Both the position numbers and the translations under genes were made by a program. This document shows, one piece after another, positions 28,105-38,782 of a stretch of DNA of 64,000 bases. The notes beneath the pieces are model-generated. The model did not search any database. It was not told the origin of the DNA and saw only the letters and a list, made by a program, of their open reading frames with translations. The DNA is taken from assembly GCA_045654185.1 (NCBI GenBank), contig JAZOMY010000022.1:4891-68890 (forward strand), read 5' to 3'. Positions within the stretch are counted from its first letter, which is position 1. Each line of letters opens with the position of its first letter. Origin of the DNA: Ruminococcus sp. GTDB taxonomy: Bacteria; Bacillota; Clostridia; Oscillospirales; Acutalibacteraceae.

Positions 28105-29886
28105 TCAGCCTTTGATTGTTGCGTACATGAAGTACTTGAAACCGAGGGGGCTTGCGAATGCGCCTTCGATATCCTGAGAAATCATGAACTGATCAGTGTA
28201 GTAGTAGATGGGGCAGATAGCGCCTGTTGTCATAAGCATATCCTCTGCCTCGTGCATGAGAGCAAATCTCTCCTCTGCATCCTTGCTGGACTTAACCTTA
28301 GCAATGATTGCATCGTAAGACTCTGCCCATGTGAGGTCGCTCTTGCCGTCATAAGAGAAGCCCTTATAATCAGCGTGTGCACCCTTACCGAACTGGCAGT
28401 CGTTGTTACCGGAAGCAGAAATCCACATATCGAGGAAGGAGATGGGATCGTTGTAGTCGCCGAGCCAGCCGTTTCTTGCGATAGAGTAGTTACCTGCCTT
28501 ACGGGTGTCGAGGAATGTACCCCACTCCTGAACCTCGATCTTGATCTCGATGCCGTAGCCCTTGAGTGTATCCTGCATATATGCTGCAAGAGCCTCGTGG
28601 CCTGTGCCTTCGTTTGTGAGGTATGTGAGTACGGGGAAGCCTGTAACAGTACCGTTAGCTACTGTGAACTTGCCGGAAGACTTTGCAACACCCTCAAGAA
28701 GTGTGAGAGCTGTCTGGCAGTTTGTAGCATAATCCTCTTCCTTAACGCTGAAGTAGCCGTTGCCACCGTTTGCGTTAGCCATGAACTCTGTCTTGCCGTC
28801 TGCATCAGAGAGACCCATTGCAACGAAGGTGTTAGCGGGAACCTGACCTGCCTGACCGATAGCGTCAACAATGTAGTTTCTGTCCAGCATAAGGCCGAGA
28901 GCCTTTCTGATGTCAACTCTCTCTGCCTCTGTGAAGTCCTTGAGAGCCTCGTCATTTACGTTGAAGGAAATGTAGTATGTGCCAAGCTGGCCTGTTACCT
29001 TGTATTCCTCAGCATAGCGAGCAGAAATGCTGTCGATCTGATCGTTGGGAACGGAGTCGATGAAGTCATAAGAACCACTCTGGAAGTTTGCATAGAGAGC
29101 GTTGTCGTCCTCGTTGAAGGGCCAGATGATGTTCTTTGTCTTAACAGCCTCAGCGTTGTGATAGTACTCGTTCTTCTCCATAACGAGCTGAGCCTGTGTG
29201 AAGTCTGTTACCTTGTAGGGGCCGTTGCCGATGTAGCTGGCAGCCTTTGTTGCCCAGCCTTCGGGATCTGCATCTACAACGTCAGCCTTAACGGGCATGT
29301 AAGCGGGGAATGCGCAGAGCTCGTGGAAGTAGGGAACCTCTACGGTTACAACAACTTCAATAGCCTTACCGTCGTTAACGGACTTAACGTTGAGCTTTGC
29401 ATCGGGGTTAACGAAGTTACCCTCGTCGTCTGTCTCCCACATTGCTGCGTAGCCGTCGATAAGCTCGAACATGTAGCTGTAATCAGCTGCTGTTTCGGGG
29501 GAAGCTGCTCTGTTCCAAGCATAAACGAAGTCTTCTGCTGTAAGGTCAGAGCCGTCGCTCCACTTGAGGCCGTCCTTGAGCTCATAGGTATAGGAAACCA
29601 TACCGTTGTCAAGAGCTACTGCCTCAGGAAGAGCCTTTGCGCAGTCAGCAACGATTTCACAGTCAGCGTTGTAGCCTGTGAGACCTGCGAATGCGTGGAT
29701 GATGTAGGTTGCACCGTCAACTGCGGAGTTGAGTGCGGGGTCAATTGTGTCGGGATAGCCACCTGCGTTTACTGTCATAGTATCCTTGTAGGTAGCATCG
29801 CCGCTGCCGCCTGCACCGTTACAAGCAGCAAGGCCGAGAGAAAGAACCATAATTGCAGCAAGAATAAGTGCTAATGATTTTTTCAT
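28105..29886 (-). CDS. oppA: Oligopeptide ABC transporter substrate-binding lipoprotein
   Basis: Lipobox LAAC, TIDPAL, LKWSDGSDLTAEDFVYAW, GNGPY and GWLGDYNDP motifs. Confidence 0.9.
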   Translation of the reverse strand: MKKSLALILAAIMVLSLGLAACNGAGGSGDATYKDTMTVNAGGYPDTIDPALNSAVDGATYIIHAFAGLTGYNADCEIVADCAKALPEAVALDNGMVSYTYELKDGLKWSDGSDLTAEDFVYAWNRAASPETAADYSYMFELIDGYAAMWETDDEGNFVNPDAKLNVKSVNDGKAIEVVVTVEVPYFHELCAFPAYMPVKADVVDADPEGWATKAASYIGNGPYKVTDFTQAQLVMEKNEYYHNAEAVKTKNIIWPFNEDDNALYANFQSGSYDFIDSVPNDQIDSISARYAEEYKVTGQLGTYYISFNVNDEALKDFTEAERVDIRKALGLMLDRNYIVDAIGQAGQVPANTFVAMGLSDADGKTEFMANANGGNGYFSVKEEDYATNCQTALTLLEGVAKSSGKFTVANGTVTGFPVLTYLTNEGTGHEALAAYMQDTLKGYGIEIKIEVQEWGTFLDTRKAGNYSIARNGWLGDYNDPISFLDMWISASGNNDCQFGKGAHADYKGFSYDGKSDLTWAESYDAIIAKVKSSKDAEERFALMHEAEDMLMTTGAICPIYYYTDQFMISQDIEGAFASPLGFKYFMYATIKG

Positions 29887-29980
29887 TTGTTTTTCCTCCT
29901 AAATAATTAAATTATCTGCAACCAGATAAAAGCAGACATATATAAATCAATATAAATTGATTCCGGGAATTAAACATCCA

Positions 29981-30952
29981 TCACAGATGGATACAAGCAG
30001 CAAAGTGGTCAGGAGCCACTTCCTTCAGCTGAGGCATTGCTTCAGCACACTCTGCGGTTGCTCTGGGGCAACGGGTTCTGAAGGGACAGCCTGAAGGCAT
30101 ATTCAGAGGGGACGGTACATCGCCCTCAAGAACAATACGCTTGTGATTTCTTGCATAGTCGGGGTCGGGAACGGGAACCGCAGACAGAAGGGATATTGAG
30201 TAGGGGTGTGCAGGATGATTGTAAATCTCATTTGCGGGACCCATCTCAACAATGTGACCAAGGTACATAACTGCGATTCTGTCGGAGATATGCTTTACAA
30301 CCAGCAGGTCGTGAGCAATAAAGAGATAGGTAAGACCCATCTTCTCCTGAAGTTCCTCAAACATATTGATAATCTGTGCCTGAATGGAAACGTCCAGTGC
30401 AGATACAGGTTCATCACAAATAATACAGTTGGGATTAACCGCCAACGCTCTGGCGATACCGATACGCTGACGCTGGCCGCCGGAGAATTCGTGGGCGTAA
30501 CGTGTTGCGTGGTCGGAGGTAAGTCCTACTGTGTAGAGGAGCTCCTTGATTTTTTCCTGACGCTCAGCTTTGTTTGCATAGAGCTTGTGGATATCCAGCG
30601 GCTCACCTACGATATCAGCAACGGTCATACGGGGGTCAAGGGACGAATAAGGATCCTGGAACACCATCTGAACGTTCTTTCTGAAATTATTAACGGACTT
30701 TTTGTTGCTGATAAGGTCACCCTTGTAGTAGACCTCACCTGCGGTAGGCTTGTAAAGGTGCAGAATGCTTCTGCCGACGGTGGTCTTTCCGCAACCGGAC
30801 TCACCTACGAGACCCAGAGTCTCTCCTTCTTTGATAGCAAAGGAAACATCGTCAACAGCCTTGAGCTGTTTGCTGCCGAAGAGACCGTTGGGTATATTGA
30901 AATACTGCTTTAAGTTTTTGACTTCAAGCAAATAATCGTATTTATTACTCAT
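29981..30952 (-). CDS. oppF: Oligopeptide ABC transporter ATPase
   Basis: [27 protein letters not shown] and HPYSISLL motifs. Confidence 0.92.
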   Translation of the reverse strand: MSNKYDYLLEVKNLKQYFNIPNGLFGSKQLKAVDDVSFAIKEGETLGLVGESGCGKTTVGRSILHLYKPTAGEVYYKGDLISNKKSVNNFRKNVQMVFQDPYSSLDPRMTVADIVGEPLDIHKLYANKAERQEKIKELLYTVGLTSDHATRYAHEFSGGQRQRIGIARALAVNPNCIICDEPVSALDVSIQAQIINMFEELQEKMGLTYLFIAHDLLVVKHISDRIAVMYLGHIVEMGPANEIYNHPAHPYSISLLSAVPVPDPDYARNHKRIVLEGDVPSPLNMPSGCPFRTRCPRATAECAEAMPQLKEVAPDHFAACIHL

Positions 30953-31967
30953 CGGCGTACATCTCCTCTATCTCTTTCATAGTAACCTTGCCTTCCTCGA
31001 TAAGACCCTTCACGTGGTTCCAGCAACGAACTTTGTGAGTATTGGTAACGTCCAGCAGCACGGGATTCATCTCAAGGCACACCTTCATAGCTGCATCGCA
31101 GCGGGGAGCAAAGGGACATCCGGGGGGCATATTGAGAAGGTCAACCGCAGAGCCGCCGATGGGCTGGAGTTTCTCGTGTTCATCGCTGACGGTAGGAATG
31201 GAACGCATAAGGCCCAGAGTGTACTCGTGCTTGGGACTGTAAAAAATCTCATCTGCGGTACCTCTCTCACAAACCTGTCCTGCATACATAACAATAATGT
31301 CATCGCACATCTCGGCAACAACGCCCAGGTCGTGAGTGATGAGGATAATTGCCATTCCAAGCTGCTTCTGGAGGTCTTTCATCAGGTCAAGAATCTGTGC
31401 CTGAATGGTAACGTCCAGAGCTGTTGTAGGCTCGTCTGCAATAAGAATATCAGGCTCACAGGCAAGTGCCATCGCAATCATAACTCTCTGGCGCATACCG
31501 CCGGAGAACTCGTGAGGATACTGAGTCAGACGCTTCTCGGGCTCATTCACACCAACGAGTTTGAGCATCTCAATGGCTCTTTCCTTTGCCTGGTTTTTAT
31601 TTCTGTCTGTATGAAGCATAATTGCTTCCATAAGCTGGTTTCCGATAGTGAAAACAGGGTTAAGGCTGGTCATGGGATCCTGGAAGATAATGGAAATCTT
31701 GTTTCCGCGGATCTTGTACATCTCGTTTTCCTTGAGAGTTACAAGGTCCTGTCCGTCAAAGTTGATGCTTCCGTCAACAACCTTACCTGCATCTGCAAGA
31801 ATCTGCAGAACAGAGTATGCGGACACGCTCTTACCGGAGCCTGACTCACCAACAATACCCAGAACCTTACCGCGCTCTACCTCGTAGGACACGCCGTTAA
31901 CGGCTTTGACTTCACCCAGGGGAGTAAAGAAGGAAGTTCTGAGGTTTTTTATTTCAAGCAAACTCAT
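30945..31967 (-). CDS. oppD: Oligopeptide ABC transporter ATPase
   Basis: [26 protein letters not shown] and DEPTTALD motifs. Confidence 0.92.
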   Translation of the reverse strand: MSLLEIKNLRTSFFTPLGEVKAVNGVSYEVERGKVLGIVGESGSGKSVSAYSVLQILADAGKVVDGSINFDGQDLVTLKENEMYKIRGNKISIIFQDPMTSLNPVFTIGNQLMEAIMLHTDRNKNQAKERAIEMLKLVGVNEPEKRLTQYPHEFSGGMRQRVMIAMALACEPDILIADEPTTALDVTIQAQILDLMKDLQKQLGMAIILITHDLGVVAEMCDDIIVMYAGQVCERGTADEIFYSPKHEYTLGLMRSIPTVSDEHEKLQPIGGSAVDLLNMPPGCPFAPRCDAAMKVCLEMNPVLLDVTNTHKVRCWNHVKGLIEEGKVTMKEIEEMYADE

Positions 31968-31979
31968 TTCTGTTCCTCC

Positions 31980-33077
31980 TTACTTTTTCTGTTTGGGGTC
32001 AAATGCGTCTCTGAGGCCGTCACCCAGAAGGTTCAGTGAGAGAACGATAAGACAAATTACAAGTGCGGGCACCAGGAACATATAAACCTGGTCGGGAGTC
32101 CATACACAGCTCTTCATATCAGATGCCAGTGAACCCAGAGAGGGCATGGGAATCTTAACACCCAGACCCAGATAGCTCAGATAGCTCTCTGTGAAAATTG
32201 CGTTGGGAATCTGAAGCGCTGTGGAAATAACAATAACGCTGATACAGTTGGGCAGAAGGTGCTTTCTGATAATTCTTGCAGGGGAAGCACCCAGAGCCTT
32301 TGCTGTAAGTACGAACTCCTGCTGCTTGATGGTAAGAATCTGGCCTCTGATGAGACGAGCCATACTTACCCAGTAGAGAAGTGCGAATACAATAAAGATA
32401 CTGATCATACCGGTACCCAGTTTCGACAGCACCGTTCCCTCAATAACCGGGGTCAGGTACTCGTTTAAGAGCACCGAGAAAAGAATAATCATCAGCATAT
32501 CGGGCAGAGAATAGATAATATCAACTATTCTCATCATAACAAGGTCAACCTTGCCGCCGAAATAACCGGAAATTGAACCATAGAGAACACCGATAATCAG
32601 AACGATTATAGATGCGAAGAAACCAACGGAAAGAGAAATTCTTGTACCGTAGACCACGCGGATAAAGTAGTCGTAGCTGTCTTTATCGGTACCAAGGATA
32701 TGGGGGAATACAAATTCACCTGCATCGATTCGGGCCTGCTCTGTGTCGCTGTACTCGAAAGGCTTGAGGAGAATTGCTGACTTATCACGGGGAAGTCCGT
32801 TTCCTATGTTGGAAAGCTGCTGCTCATAGGAATAGGGATAAAACATAGGAACAAATATTGCCGTTGCAACGATAATGAGAACCAAAATTGCGGAAACAAG
32901 AGCAACCTTGTTCTTCAGGAAACGGCGCATACCGTCCTTGAAGAAGGTAACACTCTCTCGCTCCACTATCTGGAGCTCCTTTTCTTCAGCCGAAGCAGGC
33001 TCGAACTTGGAAAGGTTGAGCTGAAAGCTCAGGGGATTCTTCTTGGGAAACTCCCCGTTTACATTTTTCTTTTTCAT
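31980..33077 (-). CDS. oppC: Oligopeptide ABC transporter permease
   Basis: HILGTD, GTRISLSVG, AKALGAS and NLLGDGLRDAFDP motifs. Confidence 0.92.
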   Translation of the reverse strand: MKKKNVNGEFPKKNPLSFQLNLSKFEPASAEEKELQIVERESVTFFKDGMRRFLKNKVALVSAILVLIIVATAIFVPMFYPYSYEQQLSNIGNGLPRDKSAILLKPFEYSDTEQARIDAGEFVFPHILGTDKDSYDYFIRVVYGTRISLSVGFFASIIVLIIGVLYGSISGYFGGKVDLVMMRIVDIIYSLPDMLMIILFSVLLNEYLTPVIEGTVLSKLGTGMISIFIVFALLYWVSMARLIRGQILTIKQQEFVLTAKALGASPARIIRKHLLPNCISVIVISTALQIPNAIFTESYLSYLGLGVKIPMPSLGSLASDMKSCVWTPDQVYMFLVPALVICLIVLSLNLLGDGLRDAFDPKQKK

Positions 33078-33092
33078 CTGGGGCGCCTCCTT

Positions 33093-34019
33093 TTAAGAAA
33101 GATCTACTCTGGGGTCAACAAACTTGTAGAGAACATCCGAAATAAGCATCATAATTACAATGATGGTTGCAAGGAAAATAGTTGTACCCATAATCATAGT
33201 ATAGTCTCTGTCTCGGATACTGGTGAAAAAGAAGTCGCCCAGGCCGGGAACTGTGAAAATTCTCTCAACAACAAGAGAACCTGTGAGAATGAAAGCTATC
33301 ATAGGACCTGCATAGGTAATAACAGGAGTCACAGCATTCTTGAGCGCGTGTTTGAAAAGCACCTTGGAGGGGTGAACGCCCTTTGCCTTGGCTGTACGGA
33401 TGTAGTCCTGACCCAGAACGTCAAGCATACTTGAACGTGTGAGACGGATGGTATATGCCATAGGATAAAGTGCAAGGGCAATAATGGGCAGAATCAGACC
33501 GCCGCTTTCCATACCGTTTGCCGGCAGCCACTCGAGTTCCGCACAGAATATCCACAGCAGAAGCGTACCTACAATAAACGACGGCATGGCAACAAAGGCA
33601 GTGGACACCACCATTATCATACGGTCGATTAATTTATTGTGATACAGTGCCGCAATAGCGCCGAAAATCATACCCATGGCAAGAGCAAGTGCTGCTGCGA
33701 TAAAGCCAATCTTTGCACTGGACGCAAAACCCTCAAAGATAACATCGGTAACTTCTCGTCCGTCCATACGCATGGACATGCCGAAGTCAAGGGTAACAGC
33801 GTTACCCAGATATGTGAGATACTGCTTCCAGAGAGGGTCATTGAGTCCGTACTTCTCCATCAGAGCGGCTCTGACAGGTGCGGGAATTTCCTTTTCACTC
33901 TGGAAAGGGTCACCGGGGATAAGATGCATAAAGAAGAAAGTGATGGTAATTACCAGAAAAACTGTAACAATAGCCAGGAGCACTCTCTTGATTAGGTAAT
34001 AGAGAAATTTCTTGTCCAT
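33093..34019 (-). CDS. oppB: Oligopeptide ABC transporter permease
   Basis: HLIPGDPF, DYIRTAKAKG, KHALKNA and DPRV motifs. Confidence 0.92.
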   Translation of the reverse strand: MDKKFLYYLIKRVLLAIVTVFLVITITFFFMHLIPGDPFQSEKEIPAPVRAALMEKYGLNDPLWKQYLTYLGNAVTLDFGMSMRMDGREVTDVIFEGFASSAKIGFIAAALALAMGMIFGAIAALYHNKLIDRMIMVVSTAFVAMPSFIVGTLLLWIFCAELEWLPANGMESGGLILPIIALALYPMAYTIRLTRSSMLDVLGQDYIRTAKAKGVHPSKVLFKHALKNAVTPVITYAGPMIAFILTGSLVVERIFTVPGLGDFFFTSIRDRDYTMIMGTTIFLATIIVIMMLISDVLYKFVDPRVDLS

Positions 34020-34446
34020 ATCAATCGTTCCTTGTTATAAATTTATGACGGCGCATTATAAGCGCATTATTATTCCCCTATTATACAAGACCAGCTCCCT
34101 CAAAAGGCTTTTTAACGAGATAATCGTTTTGGAAACTAGATTTTTTCAAGCAATATTTCACAAAATTTCATCATATTCCCTGTATATATGCAAACAACTT
34201 GCAACATAAAAATCCAATTTTCAGCTATATTTAGTCCTCGCTCTCCTTTTTTGCCACGAGTTGTTGTGTTTTTTCAGATTTTGGCCGGCATTTTCGGGGG
34301 TTTTACTTCCGCTGTCTGTAATCTGCCCAAAAAACAGACTAATATCATCGACTCCTTTTTTAAGGCCTCATTTTCAGGCAGTATATTATATACATATATA
34401 TATAGTAACCGATGTGCGGTTTGTCTGACAGAAAAAATATTCCGAC

Positions 34447-34479
34447 AAAAGAAAAACCCCGACAATTTCTTGTCGGGGT
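34447..34479 (-). terminator. pnp terminator
   Basis: ACCCCGACAA/TTGTCGGGGT hairpin + U-tract on the minus strand. Confidence 0.8.
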
Positions 34480-34504
34480 GAAGTTTTACTTTACAAGCTT
34501 TTTA

Positions 34505-36718
34505 TCAGTTGCGTCTGGGGCGACGGTTGTCTCTGCCGCCTCTGCCGCCCTCTCTGCGGGGTCTGTCAGCAGCGGGGTCATTCTCGGGAGTGAGACCGTC
34601 AACCTCAATGAGAACATCGCGACGGCTGAGGTTGAGTCTGCCCTTGTCGTCGATTTCCATAACCTTTACGCGGATAACGTCGCCAACGTTTACAACGTCG
34701 GTAACCTTGTCTGTGCGCTTAACATCAAGCTGGCTGATGTGTACGAGACCTTCCTTGCCGGGAGCGATTTCAACGAATGCGCCGAAGTCCATAATGCGTG
34801 TTACCTTACCAAGGTACATTGCGCCGGGCTCGGGATCGATAGCAATAGTCTCAACAATTGCAAGTGCTCTCTTACAATTCTCAAGGTCAACGCCGGATAC
34901 GAATACCTGTCCGTGCTCGCCGTCCTCCTCAATGTCGATTTTAACTTCGCACTGAGCCTGAATTTCCTTGATAACCTTGCCGCCCTTACCGATAACCTCG
35001 GAAATCTTGTCAGCAGGGATAGTTGTTGTGAGCATCTTGGGAGCATACTTGGAAAGCTCTGCTCTGGGAGCCTCGATAGCCTTGAGCATAACCTCATCAA
35101 GGATGAAGAGTCTTGCCTCGTGAGTCTTCTCGAGAGCTTCCTTAACCATCTCAGGTGTAAGACCGGAGATCTTGAGGTCCATCTGGATAGCTGTGATACC
35201 GTCGTGTGTACCTGCTACCTTGAAGTCCATATCGCCGAAGAAGTCCTCAACGCCCTGAATATCAACCATAGTCATCCAGCGGTCACCCTCGGTGATAAGA
35301 CCGCAGGAGATACCTGCAACGGGAGCCTTGATGGGAACACCTGCGTCCATAAGAGCAAGTGTGCTTCCGCAGACGGAACCCTGAGAGGTAGAGCCGTTGG
35401 AGGAGAGAACCTCGGAAACGAGACGGATGGAATAGGGGAAGTCCTCAACGGAGGGAATTACGGGAACGAGAGCTCTCTCTGCAAGAGCACCGTGGCCGAT
35501 TTCACGTCTGCCGGGACCGCGGCTGGGACGTGTCTCACCAACTGAGTAGCTGGGGAAGTTGTAGTGATGCATATATCTCTTGAACTCTTCCTCATCGATA
35601 CCATCAATAATCTGACCCTCGGAAACAGGACCGAGAGTTGCAATTGTGAGAACCTGTGTCTGACCACGGGTAAAGAGACCTGAACCGTGAACGCGGGGGA
35701 GGAGAGAAACTTCGGAAGCAAGGGGTCTGATATCGTTCATACCTCTGCCGTCAACACGCTTCTGCTCGTCCAGGAGCCAACGACGAACAATGTACTTCTG
35801 AACCTTGTACATACACTCGTCGATTTTCTCTGCGCTGTCGGGATAAATCTCGTCGAACTTTGCGTGAACTGCCTCGTAGATGGGGAGGAGTCTTGCATCG
35901 CGGACAGTCTTGTCGTCGGTGTCCATAGCAACCTTGACATCCTCTTCTGCGAATGCCTTGATAGCCTCGAACATCTCTGTGTCAGGCTCGTTGGAGGGAT
36001 AGGAGAATTTCTCCTTGCCGATTTCAGCCTGAATGCCCTTGATGAACTCGATAATCTTCTGGTTAGCCTCGTGGCCTGCCATGATAGCGTTGTACATAAC
36101 CTCGTCGCTTACACAGTCAGCGCCTGCCTCAATCATAGCAATTCTGCTGTCGGTGGAAGCAACTGTTGTTGCCATCTTGGAAACCTCACGCTCTGCGGCT
36201 GTGGGGTTGATAACAAACTCGCCGTCAACGTAACCTACGGAAACAGCGGAGATAGGACCGTTCCAGGGAATGTCGGAAATGGTAAGAGCAATAGAGGTAC
36301 CTACCATAGCGGCAATCTCGGGCATACAGTCGGGGTCAACGGACATAACTGTGCAGACAACGGAAACGTCGTTTCTCATATCCTTGGGGAAGAGAGGACG
36401 GATGGGTCTGTCGATAACACGGCTTACGAGGATAGCCTTCTCGGAAGGTCTGCCCTCACGCTTCAAGAAGCTGCCGGGGATTTTGCCTACGGAATAGAGC
36501 TTCTCCTCAAAGTCAACGGAAAGAGGGAAGAAGTCGATGCCCTCACGGGGTTTTGCTGCGCCTGTAACTGCTACGTGAACAACTGTCTCACCGTAGCGGA
36601 CAAGACAAGCGCCGTTTGCAAGCTGAGTTGTCTTGCCTGTCTCGATAACGAGAGGTCTGCCTGCAAATTCGGTTTCAAAAGTTCTGAACTTGTCAAAAGT
36701 CATTGTACTGTTTGCCAT
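34505..36718 (-). CDS. pnp: Polyribonucleotide nucleotidyltransferase (PNPase)
   Basis: RVIDRPIRPLF, FTRGQTQ, GRREIGHG, SSNGSTSQ and GDMDFKVAG motifs; KH and S1 domains. Confidence 0.97.
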   Translation of the reverse strand: MANSTMTFDKFRTFETEFAGRPLVIETGKTTQLANGACLVRYGETVVHVAVTGAAKPREGIDFFPLSVDFEEKLYSVGKIPGSFLKREGRPSEKAILVSRVIDRPIRPLFPKDMRNDVSVVCTVMSVDPDCMPEIAAMVGTSIALTISDIPWNGPISAVSVGYVDGEFVINPTAAEREVSKMATTVASTDSRIAMIEAGADCVSDEVMYNAIMAGHEANQKIIEFIKGIQAEIGKEKFSYPSNEPDTEMFEAIKAFAEEDVKVAMDTDDKTVRDARLLPIYEAVHAKFDEIYPDSAEKIDECMYKVQKYIVRRWLLDEQKRVDGRGMNDIRPLASEVSLLPRVHGSGLFTRGQTQVLTIATLGPVSEGQIIDGIDEEEFKRYMHHYNFPSYSVGETRPSRGPGRREIGHGALAERALVPVIPSVEDFPYSIRLVSEVLSSNGSTSQGSVCGSTLALMDAGVPIKAPVAGISCGLITEGDRWMTMVDIQGVEDFFGDMDFKVAGTHDGITAIQMDLKISGLTPEMVKEALEKTHEARLFILDEVMLKAIEAPRAELSKYAPKMLTTTIPADKISEVIGKGGKVIKEIQAQCEVKIDIEEDGEHGQVFVSGVDLENCKRALAIVETIAIDPEPGAMYLGKVTRIMDFGAFVEIAPGKEGLVHISQLDVKRTDKVTDVVNVGDVIRVKVMEIDDKGRLNLSRRDVLIEVDGLTPENDPAADRPRREGGRGGRDNRRPRRN

Positions 36719-36749
36719 AATTTTTTCCTCCTGTAAATTTTATATTTTC

Positions 36750-36857
36750 ACAGGGTTTTTCGCTAATTTAGCAATAAAATCAACCGTCCCCGCCTGATAG
36801 GACTTGTGCTGCGAACGACTGATTTTACCGCTAAAAATAGCCTGAAAAAAACCCTGT
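36750..36857 (-). promoter_or_regulatory. Long stem-loop in the pnp leader (putative RNase III processing site)
   Basis: Outer 11-bp stem ACAGGGTTTTT/AAAAACCCTGT plus an inner ~21-bp helix with G-U pairs. Confidence 0.6.
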
Positions 36858-36914
36858 AATAAACGGAATACAGGGCAAACGGCAATAAGCCGTCTGCCCC
36901 ACTGTTTGTAAAGA

Positions 36915-37178
36915 TTATTTACGGATGCCGAGTCTTGCGATGATTGAACGGTATCTCTCGATGTCAATCTTGGTGAGATAGCTCAGAAGCGCACGTCTCT
37001 GACCAACCATCTTCAGAAGGCCGCGACGGCTGTGATGGTCTTTCTTGTGCTCCTTGAGGTGAGCGGTGAGGTCGTTGATTCTCTTTGTGAGAAGAGCGAT
37101 CTGTACCTCGGGAGAACCTGTGTCACCCTCGTGGAGTGCATACTCGTTAATAATTGCCTGCTTTTCGTCTTTAAGCAT
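36915..37178 (-). CDS. rpsO: 30S ribosomal protein S15
   Basis: [16 protein letters not shown] and [16 protein letters not shown] motifs. Start at ATG 37178. Confidence 0.97.
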   Translation of the reverse strand: MLKDEKQAIINEYALHEGDTGSPEVQIALLTKRINDLTAHLKEHKKDHHSRRGLLKMVGQRRALLSYLTKIDIERYRSIIARLGIRK

Positions 37179-37315
37179 TTTGGTTACCACCTTTTTTTAA
37201 TATTACCCGCAGACACAGACAAAGGACAGGTGAATCCGCTTCTGCGGCATACTCCAAAGTCCGTGAAAGGGGCCTAAGCAAATGACATTATAACACAATG
37301 TTTTCAAAAAGTAAA
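37179..37315 (-). promoter_or_regulatory. rpsO promoter (TTTACT-17-TG-TATAAT) and structured ~100-nt leader, probably the S15 autoregulatory element
   Basis: -10 at 37292-37287, -35 at 37315-37310; CCGCAGA/TCTGCGG stem (37207-37247). Function inferred from known S15 autoregulation. Confidence 0.5.
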
Positions 37316-37511
37316 GTATTTTTTACTGAAGAATTTTAATTTAGTATCCCCGCTGTCTTTATCGTTATGCGACTGTTATGTGGCGAGGCAGAAGGCAGGA
37401 AAAACCAAATCAGCTTATTAAAAGGTGCTTATTTTCTGCGAACGAGCAACTAAAAGCAGCATAAACATAGACAAAAAACATCAAAAGTAATATGTATCTG
37501 TATACGGTCTG

Positions 37512-38069
37512 TTATTTGTTGTCTTTCAAATGCTTTACGTACTCATTTTCATCAATATTAAAACAATTAAAGTATGCAACATCCTTCAGTGGATACACTC
37601 CTGTATCGTTAGCATGAAAGGAAACATACACGATTCGATAAGTTTCAGGATTGTAGATTATTTTTTCTATATCAGCATAGCCAACCGCTTGTTCTTCGTT
37701 GTTATCATTATCCAAAATGGAATACGAGTCTTGAAAAACAACTTCGTAGAATCCATCGGAGTAATAGCATTCCACACTATTACTCATAACTTCAGAAAGA
37801 AGCTCATCAAATTGACTTTCAGTTACAGTAATATCCAAGAAGATTTCGTGACAAACATCCATCCACGCCTCCAAATTATAGGCATACGCATTTACGGAAT
37901 AATCTTCAACAGAGTCCGGGAAAAACTCAGGTAATTCTATGTAATATTCAAGTTTTCCATATTGTTGAACATCAGTTACTCGCTTACTCCCGAAATCGCA
38001 AGCAGATAGTGAAAACATCATTGCAATGATAATTATAATCGATAGAACAAAACTGAGAATTCTTTTCAT
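37512..38069 (-). CDS. Hypothetical lipoprotein (accessory, AT-rich)
   Basis: MKR + hydrophobic stretch + lipobox LSAC. Start moved to ATG 38069. Confidence 0.75.
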   Translation of the reverse strand: MKRILSFVLSIIIIIAMMFSLSACDFGSKRVTDVQQYGKLEYYIELPEFFPDSVEDYSVNAYAYNLEAWMDVCHEIFLDITVTESQFDELLSEVMSNSVECYYSDGFYEVVFQDSYSILDNDNNEEQAVGYADIEKIIYNPETYRIVYVSFHANDTGVYPLKDVAYFNCFNIDENEYVKHLKDNK

Positions 38070-38250
38070 TATAGGTTCCCACCTTCCCATTATTATCGGT
38101 CCAGTACTTAATCCAGCGGATATAGTTGAGTTTATATTTAGTTTATCACAAAACCACAAGTTTTTCAATTAAACACAGGAAAAACCTATCTTGTCATGAT
38201 AGACAAAAGAGGCTTTTTTGTTGGCAAAGGGTAACCAAAAGTACACCAGG

Positions 38251-38385
38251 TTAAAGCTGTTTATATAGCAAGGAGATTTTCGACTTGAAATACTGTTCTT
38301 GGAAATGCGTTAATTCTGCAATCTCTTCCCGTGTGAAAGTCATACCTTCCGTTGCAACTACCCATTTATGCTCAATATCATTTTG
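38251..38385 (-). pseudogene. Frameshifted C-terminal remnant of a small inorganic-pyrophosphatase-like protein
   Basis: Reads NDIEHKWVVATEGMTFTREEIAE, then after a shift near 38310 HFQEQYFKSKISLLYKQL*. This resembles the tail of that Clostridial family as I recall it; no 5' part or start codon. Confidence 0.55.
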
Positions 38386-38731
38386 TATTCTCCTTTGCGG
38401 TGCGGCAGGATGCAATCAGAAGTCTGCGAATGTTACCACAAAGTTTTTCTGTATATTGATAAGTTTCAACATCTATTCTTTTGGTTTCATACATCAACTT
38501 CAACCAATAACTCGTTTCGTTGGATTCTTTGAGTGCAATTTCCAATTTTGCTACAAAGTCTTTCTTGCTCTGTGCGTACTGTGCTTCGTGGATATTAGCA
38601 CCAACCGATGTACCTGCTCTTGCGAGCTGATCGGTCATATAGGAACTTTTTGGTGCAGTTACACCGTCAACAAGATTCACAATCGCAACTGCAAATTCAA
38701 AAGATAAATCAAGTAATTTGTTTTCAGACAT
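38378..38731 (-). CDS. Four-helix-bundle protein (23S rRNA IVP / Avd-like family)
   Basis: LSFEFAVAIV, DQLARAGTSVGANIHEA, SKKDFVAKLEIALKESNETSYWL motifs. Start at ATG 38731. Confidence 0.88.
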   Translation of the reverse strand: MSENKLLDLSFEFAVAIVNLVDGVTAPKSSYMTDQLARAGTSVGANIHEAQYAQSKKDFVAKLEIALKESNETSYWLKLMYETKRIDVETYQYTEKLCGNIRRLLIASCRTAKENTK

Positions 38732-38753
38732 AAATGCACCTTCTTTCAATAAC

Positions 38754-38782
38754 ATTATACTATGAAATATTGCGTTTTTCAA
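38754..38782 (-). promoter_or_regulatory. Promoter TTGAAA-17-TATAAT for the four-helix-bundle gene
   Basis: Read directly from the sequence. Confidence 0.75.

Noticed and set aside
34274-34348. 24-aa ORF (MILVCFLGRLQTAEVKPPKMPAKI) with an AAGGAG RBS upstream of opp, as an AgrD-like or pheromone peptide
   Set aside because: Poor fit to the AgrD pattern, no agrB or cognate regulator nearby, and no signal peptide.
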